Source: Octopus sinensis
Lineage: Eukaryota
Direction: 5' to 3'
Assembly (NCBI RefSeq): GCF_006345805.1
Contig: NW_021834743.1
Span: 1-26,890 of the forward strand
Length of the DNA: 26,890 bases
The notes below the pieces were generated by a model. The model was not told the DNA's origin. It did no database searches and saw only the letters and a list, made by a program, of their open reading frames with translations. Within the stretch, counting starts at the first letter, position 1, and the number at the start of each line of letters is the position of its first letter. Shown piece by piece: positions 1-10,433 of this stretch. A program made the translations under genes and the position numbers.

Positions 1-19
1 TTTTTTCTTACGAATGAGT

Positions 20-350
20 TGACCTCAGTACTTAAAGTTTTTTTTTGTTCAGCCGAGAATTTATTTATATCGTTCTCTTTTTGCTGAATCGCTCAGTTAC
101 GGTGGCGTAAAAAAACTAACACTAGTTGTTAAGCGGTGGTGGTGGACAAACAGACACAAAACACACACGCATAAATATTTATATACATGTATACACCACG
201 GGCTTCTTTCAGTTTTCGTCTACCAAATCTATTCACAAGGCTTTGGTTGGCGCGTGGCTATTGTAGAAGGCACTCGTCCAATGAGCCACGTATTGAGACG
301 GAACCCAGAAACATGTGGTTGGAAAGCAAGCTACTTACCATACAGCCAAT
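20..350 (-). mobile_element. tRNA-derived SINE family 'A' (Octopus OK/OR-like, CORE-type body), decayed near-full copy with internal CA/TA microsatellite
   Basis: Reverse complement reads TGGCTGTATGGTAAGTAGCTTGCTTTCCAACCACATGTTTCTGGGTTCCGTC (A/B-box head), then ...GTAGACGAAAACTGAAAGAAGCCCGTGGTG, a short microsatellite and the 3' half. Homologous to copies at 7490, 11193 and 11850. Confidence 0.85.
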
Positions 351-394
351 GTGGATTTTGAATGTGGCTTGGAACGGATTACTTCCATTTATAT

Positions 395-713
395 CACCGT
401 GATCACCGTGACCGACCAGGCTATCAGATGTTGCTACACATCGCTGGTCACAATGCACTTCGCATGGTTTTAGCCTTCAAATGACGCCACCCCGCTGGCT
501 AAGCGAGCAGGCCAACAGAAGAAAGAGTGAGGCCACAGAAGAAAGTTGTGGCGAAAGAGTACAGCAGGGATCACCACCATCCCTTGCCGGAGCCACGTGG
601 AGCTTTAGGTGTATTCGCTCAATAAACACTCACAACGCCCGGTCTGGGAATCGAAACCGCGATCCTACAACCGCGAATCCGCTGCCCTAACCACTGGGCC
701 TTTGCGCCTCCAC
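395..713 (-). mobile_element. tRNA-derived SINE family 'B', tail type 1 (OR1/OR2-like), full length with 14-bp TSD
   Basis: Minus strand starts GTGGAGGCGCAAAGGCCCAGTGGTTAGGGCAGCGG...GGTTTCGATTCCCAGACC (A box, B box). It ends in CACGGTGAT repeats. The flanking direct repeat ACTTCCATTTATAT lies at 381-394 and 714-727. Confidence 0.92.
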
Positions 714-1085
714 ACTTCCATTTATATATATTTCAATAACTAATATAACGAACGATTTTGTTAACGAACAAGACTTAGAAACAGATTATGTTCGTATACA
801 GAAACCTCCCTTCTCTACTGCTTTTATAAACTATTTTCGCCAAGAACATTCTTAAACTGTTATTATATCAGAAATATTCAGTCCGTTTTCGTAATTTAAA
901 GAGTATTGCGGGCACTCTTTAAACAACAATACATTATTATGTGAATAAATTATCATACATTTGCCTTTAATTGTCTTTTGGTAAATATCATGCTTACGCT
1001 TACTGGTCCTGCATGCAATTATACTGGTATGCTGGCCGTTTCCTGTTATCTATGCTACGATCTTCGGTACTGTTCTTATACATTA

Positions 1086-1812
1086 GGCGGCGAGCTGCCA
1101 GAAACGTTAGCACGCCGGGCGAAGGTATTTCGTCTGCCGTTACGTTGTGAGTTCAAATTCCGCCAAGGTCGACTTTGCCTTTCATTCTTTCGGGTTCGAT
1201 ACATTAAGTACCAGTTACGCACTGGGGTCGATGTAATCGACTTAATACCTATGTCTGTCCTTGTTTCTCCCCTCTGTGTTTAGCCCTTTGTGGGTAATAA
1301 AGAAATAGGTATTTTGTCTGCCGTTACGTTCTGAGTTCAAATTCCGCCGAGGTCGTCTTTGCCTTTCATTCTTTCGGGTTCGATACATTAAGCACCAGTT
1401 ATGCACTGGGGTCGATGTAATCGACTTAATACCTATGTCTGTCCTTGTTTCTCCCCTCTGTGTTTAGCCCTTTGTGGGTAATAAAGAAATAGGTATTTTG
1501 TCTGCCGTTACGTTCTGAGTTCAAAATCCGCCGAGGTCGTCTTTGCCTTTCATTCTTTCGGGTTCGATACATTAAGCACCAGTTACGCACTGGGGTCGAT
1601 GTAATCGACTTAATACCTATGTCTGTCCTTGTTTGTCCCCTCTGTGTTTAGCCCTTTGTGGGTAATAAAGAAATAGGTATTTTGTCTGCCGTTACGTTCT
1701 GAGTTCAAATTCCGCCGAGGTCGTCTTTGCCTTTCATCCTTTCGGGTTCGATAAATTAAGCACCAGTTACGCATTCTGAGTTCAAATTCCGCCGAGGTCG
1801 ACTTTGCCTTTC
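1086..1812 (+). repeat. Tandem array derived from SINE family 'C': one head, three 184-bp units, then two partial units
   Basis: Head GGCGGCGAGCTGCCAGAAACGTTAGCACGCCGGGCG at 1086. The unit start GGTATTT(C/T)GTCTGCCGTTACG recurs at 1124, 1308, 1492 and 1676 (period exactly 184). A further short restart TTCTGAGTTCAAATTCCGCCGAGG occurs at about 1775. Confidence 0.95.
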
Positions 1813-2054
1813 GGTGGGCCATATTTCTGTAGTTGTGCCAATTCGACATGTCCTCTTATCGACGCAATAAAGAAACTTTGTTACTGGGTCTAATCTTTGT
1901 CGTCTCTTTTCTCTTCGCCATTTATGTTCATGTTCATCTCCCATTTGGATTTTCTCAACGACCTTTACCACTAAATCTTATTTCTTTTTTTCTTTGCCTG
2001 CTGTCATGTCTTTGAGCCATGTTGGGCTCAAAAATTTGGAACACGTCTTGCATT

Positions 2055-2055
<1 letters not shown>

Positions 2056-2097
<42 letters not shown>

Positions 2098-2144
2098 GTG
2101 TGTGTGTGGTGTGTGTGTGTGTATTTAATATATAATATATATAT

Positions 2145-2176
<32 letters not shown>

Positions 2177-2187
2177 ATATATATATA
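2056..2187. repeat. (TA)n/(TG)n compound microsatellite
   Basis: Direct inspection. Confidence 0.95.
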
Positions 2188-2383
2188 GTGACGCATATTT
2201 GCCATTTGAATATGGCAACCCCTAAGGGTGGATGCTACTGTAGTTTGTAGCCCCAGGAAGATACCTCCTCCAGCTGGCTATAGACACACTTTCTGTGCCC
2301 TATCAGTATTTGTGAAGGGAAGTCATCCTTCCCGTCTTCAATTTATGATACACACGGACTCGAGTTTCAAGGTATTTACCTAT

Positions 2384-2387
<4 letters not shown>

Positions 2388-2420
<33 letters not shown>

Positions 2421-2543
2421 ATATAGATTGTATATGTATGTATATATATGTGTGTATATGTAAGTATATGTATATATATATATCTATCTATCTATCTATC
2501 TATTATCTATATATCTATCTATCTATCTATCTAATCTATATAT

Positions 2544-2588
<45 letters not shown>

Positions 2589-2646
2589 GACACACATACA
2601 CACCACACACACGTGTTATATGCACTCACACACACAATATATATAT
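2388..2646. repeat. (TA)n/(TATC)n/(CA)n compound microsatellite
   Basis: Direct inspection. Confidence 0.95.
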
Positions 2647-2749
2647 ATGCCTTATTCCGCCTCCGAACGTGTACTGGGCCATGTGTTAAGCCAACCTGAA
2701 ATAAACATATTCATGCCTTCTGTTTAAAGAGTAACCATAACAACCTCAG

Positions 2750-2908
2750 CACCATCGTCACCATCATATGTACAACCCCTGCCAAGACCACAGCCAGGGT
2801 CATACTTCTACTTTCACCAGCACCACCACCACTATCCCCCCCACCACCCCTGCCGCCATCGCCGCCGTCACACCACTGCCGCCTCCACCACCACCACCAC
2901 CACCACCT
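2750..2908. repeat. Degenerate (CCA)n/(CCG)n low-complexity tract
   Basis: Direct inspection. Confidence 0.85.
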
Positions 2909-3067
2909 TATATATCTTAAAGCCAGCCATGCTGTTTGTTAATCTGTTCAACTTTTCGTTCCTGCCATTTTCCCAAACAGTTACCAATCAATATCGAAGC
3001 TAGAGTGTGTGATGTCCGGAGCAGCCCTTGAATGTTCTGTTCCCTGTAGAATCACGAGTAGAAGAAT

Positions 3068-3347
3068 GATACGACCAAGTCCTCAATTTCTTGGTAAAAA
3101 ACCTGTTCAAAGGATTTGTTTATAGTGGTCAAAAGTTTCTGCTGTACGTGATCTCACGCCGTCCATCAAATCGATGTTTCCTGATCAGGTGCTGGACGTA
3201 CCACACGTCAGGTGTCGAAGTGACCGCAGAGCAGCGTCAAATGAAATGTTTTGCTCAAGGACGCAACACAACCCCGTCCAGGAATTGAAACCACGATCTC
3301 GCGATCGTACGTGTAACGCCTTAAACAATAGGTCACACACCCTCCAT
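3068..3347 (-). mobile_element. tRNA-derived SINE family 'D' (CORE/V-like body) with probable 12-bp TSD
   Basis: Minus strand: TGGAGGGTGTGTGACCTATTGTTTAAGGCG...GTGGTTTCAATTCCTGG (A/B boxes), then GTTGCGTCCTTGAGCAAAACATTTCA (CORE/V-like motif). Flanks are GAGTAGAAGAAT (3056-3067) and GAATAGAAGAAT (3348-3359), 11/12 identical. Confidence 0.8.
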
Positions 3348-3374
3348 GAATAGAAGAATATTTGTTGCAAGCAA

Positions 3375-4177
3375 GGTGGCGAGCTGGCAGAATCGTTAGC
3401 ACGCCGGGCGAAACGCTTAGCGGTATTTCGTCTGCCGTTACGTTCTGAGTTCAAATTCCGCCATGGTCGACTTTGCCTTTCATCCTTTTGGAGTCGATAA
3501 ATTAAGTACCAGTTACGCACTGGGGTCGATGTTTGTCCTCTCTGTGTTTAGCTCCTTGTGGGTAGTAAAGAAATAGGTAATTCGTCTGCCGTTACGTTCT
3601 GAGTTCAAGTTCCTCTGAGGTTGACTTTGCCTTTCATCCTTTTGGGGTCGATAAATTAAGTATCAGTAGCGTACTGGGGTCGATCTAATTGACTGATCCC
3701 CACCCCCAAAATTTAGGACCTTGTGCCTGTAGTAGGAAAGAATATTAAAGGCGGTGAGCTGGCGGAATCTTTAGCACACCGGGCGAAATGCTTGGCGGCA
3801 TTTCGTCTGCCTTTACGTTCCGAGTTCAAATTCCGCCGAGGTCGACTTTGCTTTTCATCCTTTCGGGGTCGATAAATTAAGTACCATTTGCGTACTGCGG
3901 TCAATTGACTGCCCCACCCAAATTTCGGGCCTTGTGCCCAGAGTAGGAAAGAATAAATATGAGTATGGCATAATAATAGGTCGGTGAGCTGGCAGAATGG
4001 ATAGCACGCCGCATAAAATGCTTCGCTGCATTTCGTCTCTCTTGACGTTTTTTGTTCAAATTCCACCGAGGTCAACTTTGCCTTTTATCCTTCCGGGTTC
4101 CATAGAATAAATACCATTCAAGACTTAACCCATCATCCGAAATTGCTGGCCTTGTGCCAAAATATGAAATGAATAAT
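3375..4177 (+). mobile_element. Three head-to-tail SINE family 'C' copies; the first is partly dimeric
   Basis: Heads GG(T/C)GG(C/T)GAGCTGGC(A/G)GAAT at about 3375, 3750 and 3979, each with a GAGTTCAAATTCC-type B box and body GTCGACTTTGCCTTTCATCCTTT..GGTCGATAAATTAAGTACC. The first copy restarts at about 3576. Confidence 0.9.
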
Positions 4178-4803
4178 TATGGCTTATGTATAACAAATAG
4201 CTAAATGCGTTTCTTTTTCTTTTCATTAACCACTGAAGTTAATAATTTCTAATGTAATAATTAATGTCGACTGTGTGTTTCGTAAACTGCTGTGTTAATA
4301 AGCAAACCCCAAAGTGTCGCCTCCATAAAAGGGTCGCTAAGGGCTGACCATCACCTCACCCCTCATCCCCACTTCACGTTGCTGTTACCCATCCACTCAA
4401 CCGTGAGCCAAAAACAAAAAGAAAGAAAAACAAAACAAAACCAAAAACCAGAGACCTTAACATGATCGCTTGCCCAGTTAAAAATGGTAGCTAAATTCAC
4501 TCCCCAAAGGAACTCAACCACGAGCGTACAAGTGTACCTTGGCGTGGTCGTACGTCCAGTTAGAAATATCAGCCAAATCCACCTCAAACCGCATCGCATA
4601 GTCTTACGAAACGAAGACCGCATAATAGGATAGTGTAGTAATTTTAGATTTACCGAGGCCGAACAAGGTGGAATGGCCTCGGCTGGAACGGCACTGAACA
4701 TTATTCTGTTCAATCGATCGAAGCTAGTTTGGTGGAGGGGGGTGCATAACGACAAGAACAACATCATTTATTCGGCCATTAATACTAATCCAAACCCGCT
4801 ACA

Positions 4804-4887
4804 CAGGTACCCCGCTAGTACATAGGTACCCCAGGTATCTAGGTCTCGGGTACCCAGGTACCCAGGTGCCCCAGGTGCGACAGGTAC
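4804..4887. repeat. Degenerate 8-9-bp minisatellite, core (C)AGGT(A/G)CC
   Basis: AGGT/GGGT cores at 4805, 4823, 4832, 4840, 4847, 4855, 4863, 4872 and 4881. There are five GGTACC palindromes. Confidence 0.8.
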
Positions 4888-5016
4888 CGAGATATTCTAA
4901 GTGGGAAATTATCTCTACATTTACTATGTTTGGTGGGTGTCTGTTTTGTTCCATATTTCGCCTCACAAATCAACCAGCAGGCACCGCTCCCATCCAACCG
5001 TACCCGCCCTTTAGAA

Positions 5017-5052
5017 CAGAGAGAGAGCGAGAGAGAGAGAGAGAGACAGAGA

Positions 5053-5083
<31 letters not shown>

Positions 5084-5092
5084 GAAGAGAGA
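5017..5092. repeat. (GA)n microsatellite
   Basis: Direct inspection. Confidence 0.95.
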
Positions 5093-5287
5093 GGAACCAT
5101 TGAAACAGGTTTAGATGACGCAGCCCCCACCCACCGACCCTCCGCTTCACCCACCCTGCTGTTTCTGCGCCTTCTAGTCTTTCTTCTTTCTCTTCCTTCT
5201 CCTCTCCATTCTGCTACAGCTTCCCGCCCTGCACCTCCTACTCCTCCTTCTCCTCCTACTCCTACTATTATTTCTATAGCCGTTTAT

Positions 5288-5377
5288 TATTACTACTACT
5301 ACTACTACTATTATTATTATTTATTATTATTCTATATTATTATTATTATATATTATATTATTATTATTATTATTATG

Positions 5378-5419
<42 letters not shown>

Positions 5420-5424
5420 TATTA

Positions 5425-5462
<38 letters not shown>

Positions 5463-5467
5463 TATTA

Positions 5468-5539
<72 letters not shown>

Positions 5540-5624
5540 TTATTATTATTATTATTATATATTATTATATTATTATTATTATTATTATTATTATATTATT
5601 ATGATTATTATTATTATTATTATT
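5288..5624. repeat. Long (ATT)n microsatellite
   Basis: Direct inspection. Confidence 0.97.
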
Positions 5625-5669
5625 CAGGCACACACTGTTGCACAGGATAAGAACAAGCAGGCGACATAT

Positions 5670-6120
5670 GCCACCGCCACCACCGCCACCACCACCGCCA
5701 CCACCACCACCACCATCGCCACTACTCCCTCACCGCTGTCACCACCACCGCCACCAACGCACCCCGGCACCATCACCACTAACATCACCACCACCAGCAC
5801 CACCATCACCACCAGCAGCACCAGCACCAATACCAGCGCACCCGGCACCATCACCACCACCACCACCACCACCACCACCACCACCGCCACCGCCACCAAC
5901 GCACCCCGGCACCATCACCACTAAAACATCACAACCGACATCTCGTCGAAAACCCTCACCAAACACCACCAAGATTCACTACAAAGAACAACAACAACAA
6001 CAACAACAACGGCAATACTAACAAGAACAGCAACAACAACAGCAGCAGCAACAGCAGCAACAACGACATCAGCAGCAGCGGTAGCAGCAGCAGCAGCAGC
6101 GACAGCAGCATCAGCAGCAA
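5670..6120. repeat. Compound (ACC)n / (CAA)n / (CAG)n tract with three copies of GCACC(C)CGGCACCATCACCAC
   Basis: Motif copies at about 5759, 5838 and 5900 inside an ACC tract, followed by CAA and CAG runs. Confidence 0.9.
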
Positions 6121-6272
6121 GAAGACCGACAAGCATTAAAACCCGAGATATCATAATAACTCGTCGTTGCTGGAAGAATTCTTTAAACTTATATATAATT
6201 ACAGCACTTGCTGAAACGGCCTACCTAGGATAGGTTTGTTCGGTCAGGGGCTGCGCTGGGGGCCTATCTAGC

Positions 6273-6304
<32 letters not shown>

Positions 6305-6769
6305 AATAATAATAATAACAGATGTACGTATTGTTTCTGAAACAAGTTGTTTTGTAGTTAACGAGATCCGGAAAAAAATTACTTCAAGCAGCGAAAGCAA
6401 ACAGCGGCACTGTGTTTTTATTTTCATCCTCATCATCATTATATGACCATCAGCATCTATCTTGCAGCATCTGCACGAAAAAAAGAACAACGACGACTGT
6501 TGATTACAATTTTTTAGCAATTTTTACTAAAAAGAAATTACATCAAAAACAGTTAAAAATAAACTACAAAAGTTTAAAGAAATAATAAAAAAATATATTG
6601 ATAAAAAAAGTACATATCAAACAAAATAATTCTCGACTTAAATATAGCGAAACAAAGCAAAAAAAATTGTCAAAGAATTTATCTTGGAAATTAAACTGTT
6701 ATATTCAGAGAAAAAAATAAAAAAATTAAATAAAAAATTCCGGACACACATAGGTTCGAACTCAGAAAG

Positions 6770-6834
6770 ATGCATCCTCAATCAGGTTACTATGCTGGAC
6801 TCTGCGTTGTGTTTTGCCTCAGTCAGCTGTTCGG
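6770..6834 (+). other. Candidate first coding exon encoding a signal-peptide-like leader (MHPQSGYYAGLCVVFCLSQLFG)
   Basis: AAG-ATG at 6770, a hydrophobic stretch, then a consensus donor GG|GTAAGT at 6835-6840. No downstream exon was identified. Confidence 0.3.
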
Positions 6835-6897
6835 GTAAGTAGGGACTATGTTTTTTTTTATTACATTTGTTATATGCTCTTTTATATGTATATATGC

Positions 6898-6934
<37 letters not shown>

Positions 6935-6940
<6 letters not shown>

Positions 6941-7200
6941 CGTGACCGAACCAGGCTATCAGATGTTGCTACACATCGCTGGTCACAATGCGCTTCGCAT
7001 TGTTTTAGCCTTCAAGTGACGCCACCCCGCTGGCTAAGCGAGCAGGCCAACAGAAGAAAGAGTAAGAGAAAGTTGTGGCGAAAGAGTACAGCAGGGATCA
7101 CCACCACCCCCTGCCGGAGCCTCGTGGAGATTTCGGTGATTTCGCTCAATAAACACTCACAACACCCGGTCTGGGAATCGAAACCGCGATCCTGCCTCCA
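6935..7200 (-). mobile_element. SINE family 'B', tail type 1, with a 39-nt deletion in the tRNA head
   Basis: Near-identical to 395-713, but GATCCT joins directly to GCCTCCA. The missing segment ACAACCGCGAATCCGCTGCCCTAACCACTGGGCCTTTGC includes the A box. Confidence 0.92.
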
Positions 7201-7203
7201 TAT

Positions 7204-7282
<79 letters not shown>

Positions 7283-7489
7283 CGCTACCGCCGCCGGCGA
7301 CCATGTCTTCTACACCACCATCATCATAACCACCGCCAATAATTCGAATTAATTGAAAGTTTGCGGACCCACCCTATCTTTGTCGGTGTATATGTGTGTG
7401 TATGTGTGCGTGCGTGCGTGCGTGCGTGCGTGCGTGGTGTGTGTGTGTGTATGTGCGTGTGTGTGTATGTGCGTGTGTGGGCGGGCTGA

Positions 7490-7630
7490 GGCACATGCTT
7501 CCCAACCACATGGTTCCGGGTTCAGTCCCACTGCGTGGCACCTTCGACGAGTGTCTTCTACTACAGCCTCGGGCCGACCAAAGCCTTGTGAGTGCATTTG
7601 GTAGACGGAAACTGAAAGAAGCCTGTCATA
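7490..7630 (+). mobile_element. SINE family 'A', 5' half
   Basis: GCTTCCCAACCACATGGTTCCGGGTTCAGTCCCACTGCGTGGCACCTT...GGTAGACGGAAACTGAAAGAAGCC, followed by a microsatellite. Confidence 0.9.
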
Positions 7631-7831
7631 TAAACAGATGCACACGCACATACACAACATACACTTACACACACACAGTGCATATATATATTTACATACA
7701 CACATACACATATGCATAATACATACCTACATACATATATATATATTAGTGTGTATTTATGTATGTATGTGTATATATACACATGCATACACATAAACAC
7801 CCCCCCACACACATATATATTATAAATATTT

Positions 7832-7875
<44 letters not shown>

Positions 7876-8060
7876 AATATATAATGTATACATACATACA
7901 TTAATATGTATATATTGTATATATGTATATGGATATACATATAATATATATGTATATATATATATATATATATATACATATATATTATATATATATTATA
8001 TATATATGTATATATATATATAATATATATAATGTATACACAACATACATGTGTGTGTAT
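7630..8060. repeat. (CA)n/(TA)n compound microsatellite
   Basis: Direct inspection. Confidence 0.9.
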
Positions 8061-8244
8061 GTCCGTCCAGAGATCGATAGATCGATAAGCATATGCGTGA
8101 ATGCCTAACACAAGTTAGTTAAATTCGGTTTGGTTGTCCTGCGGTCTAACAAACACCTTCGACCGGTCCAGGGACGTCTTTTACCGCAGTTAAGCGATGC
8201 AGAAAGAGTTCGGACTAACACTTCGTCCCGAGGATGACGTTCCC

Positions 8245-8325
8245 CTCTTCCCTTACTACAGGTGTTTGTGTTGGTTTGTTTACGTTCCCGTAAACTTAGT
8301 GGATCGGCAGAAAAGAGATTGAAGG
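8245..8325 (+). mobile_element. Decayed 3'-half fragment of SINE family 'A'
   Basis: GTTTACGTTCCCGTAAACTTAGTGGATCGGCAGAAAAGAGA matches the 3' half seen on the minus strand at 70-110, 16700-16730 and 22400-22430. Confidence 0.6.
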
Positions 8326-8349
8326 ATATATGTGTCTGAAACTAGAAAA

Positions 8350-8771
8350 ATATATACATACATATATGCATACACATGTGTGTATGTATGTATGTATGTA
8401 TGTATGTATGTATGTATGTATGTATGTATGTATGTATGCATGTATGTATGTATGTATGTATGTATGTATGTGTGTGTGTGTATGTGTGTATCCGTGTGTG
8501 TGTATGTAAGTGTGTGTGTATGCATGCATGTATGTATGTATGTATGTATGTATGTATGTATGTATGCATGTATGCATATATATATGCATGCATGTATGTA
8601 TGTATGTATGTGTCTATGTATGTATTTACATACATACATTTATACATTTATGTATGTATATATGATATATGTTATATATGCATGTACCTATTCATATGTA
8701 TATATGTGTGTGTGTGTTTGTGTGTATGTATGTATGTATATATATATTATATAGTATATATATATGTATTG

Positions 8772-8803
<32 letters not shown>

Positions 8804-8818
8804 ATATATATTATATAT

Positions 8819-8850
<32 letters not shown>

Positions 8851-8895
8851 CACACGTATATATACATACATTCATACTTATATCATATCATATAT
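8350..8895. repeat. (TATG)n/(TG)n/(TA)n compound microsatellite
   Basis: Direct inspection. Confidence 0.95.
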
Positions 8896-9352
8896 CCAAT
8901 TATATTATATTGTTGTCTGAGTAGAGGTTATGCAATCAATTTGATGGGTTATTGATTATTGAAACCTACAGAATGAAAAATTCGTGGCACTTGTCTTTCA
9001 TATTCAAATTTAAGTCTGGGACTTAATCCGGGTTTTGAGAGGTTTAAGAGTCAGAAATTTGGAAAGGACGCCAGTCTGTTGAAAGATAACCCTCACCACC
9101 TGCTTGATGCTGCTGCTCGTAACCATTTTCAGTGAAATACCCTGGAACCACATGAAATGAGGTGTCCTGAAGAAGAGAAAAAGCACAGCGAACCACCCGG
9201 CCTCGGAGTTGTACTTACGAGTTTCCGACTCTGCGTTTAATAGTGAAAACGTTGAGCTATGCGCTTTCGCTCCTCTTGAAGCTAATCCCCGAAAAGATCA
9301 TCCCATATTATCATAGGCACTCTAAACATGCCCACCCTTTCTTATATGTATA

Positions 9353-9748
9353 CTAGCAGTATTGCCCGGCGTTGCTCGGGTTTGTTTCGACCCTTTAGAA
9401 TTGGAATTTTTGAAAAGTAAAGATTTTGCATTATGTAGCTTGTTATTCTCTTTAAGTGAACATTTTTCTGATTGAAATACACCAACAAATGGCGACACTG
9501 CAGTAAAAAAAATCGTAAAAAAATAGGGATTTTCATAGAAAAAAAGCACCCTTTTGATGTAAATAATTTTTGGTGTTAACATGGTCCGATTTGAATTTTA
9601 TCTTCTACGGAAGGAAGAGCAATCCTTCTTCTATCATACTCTCAATTTTGGTCAACTTGCACCACAGGGTCTCGGAGGAGATAGTGTTAGTTGAAGGCTA
9701 CCAAGCTTGCCATACACTGACAACTTCAGCTTTATATATATAGAGAGA
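9353..9748 (-). mobile_element. Non-autonomous Helitron, 396 bp
   Basis: Minus strand begins A|TCTCTCTATATATATAAAG and ends with hairpin CCCGAGCAACGCCGGG (plus 9365-9380), 8 nt, then CTAG|T. This gives a 5'-TC start, 3'-CTAG end, subterminal hairpin, AT target and no TSD. Confidence 0.82.
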
Positions 9749-9997
9749 TTACAGACCACATTGTCTAATGTGTTTTATTTAAAGCCATTATAGGACATTT
9801 GGTTGCTATTTCTAGCATTTAAGTGACTGCGCTGTGAACTGCTTTTTAACTCAAAGGTGTCTGCGTGACTTGGTGTGTGGCTGTGTCTGTGTGTATGTTT
9901 GTGTGAGTAAGAGTTGGGTGCGCGTGCTTTGTATATGCGTGAGTGCGTGCAAGGTTGTCAAAATATTACACGTACAGCCGTAGACATTTAAAAATAC

Positions 9998-10151
9998 GAA
10001 TGTATGTATGTATGTATGGATGGATGGATGGATGGATGGATGGATGGATGGATGCAAATGTGAATGTCTAGATGCTGTGTGTGATCATTCCTGAATGCGT
10101 ATGTTATATATGTATGCATATGTAAATACACTGATACACACAGCAGCCTCG

Positions 10152-10218
<67 letters not shown>

Positions 10219-10248
10219 GCCTGTTTGCCTGCCTGCCTGCCTGTCTGC

Positions 10249-10318
<70 letters not shown>

Positions 10319-10351
10319 GTCTGTCTGTCTGTCTTTCTGTCTTTCTGTCTG

Positions 10352-10402
<51 letters not shown>

Positions 10403-10433
10403 GCCTGTTTGCCTGCCTGCCTGCCTGTCTGCC

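Noticed and set aside
1086-1812. CRISPR-like repeat-spacer array or tRNA gene cluster
   Set aside because: The units are fully repeated with no unique spacers, the context is eukaryotic, and the heads are tRNA-derived SINE promoters without a complete cloverleaf.
1833-2015. ORF resembling a type II signal anchor (MSSYRRNKETLLLGLIFVVSFLFAIYV)
   Set aside because: T-rich DNA yields hydrophobic codons by default. There is no splice donor before the stop and no recognisable domain.
2212-2223. GGCAACCCTA shared with 26324-26333 as possible transposon ends
   Set aside because: Both are in the same orientation 24 kb apart and only 10 bp long. They cannot form a TIR pair.
4363-4767. 134-aa minus-strand ORF and a DYAMRFEVDLADISNWTYDHAK frame
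   Set aside because: No recognisable family motif and only weak splice signals.
5601-6154. Mucin-like, poly-Pro and poly-Gln ORFs
   Set aside because: Trinucleotide repeats are open in several frames on both strands, and the Gln frame is broken by TAG. No unique coding content.
8280-8955. Many overlapping YVCM/HTYI ORFs (also 10095-10838, 15306-15786, 18652-19671)
   Set aside because: Pure translations of (TATG)n, (TATC)n and (TA)n microsatellites.
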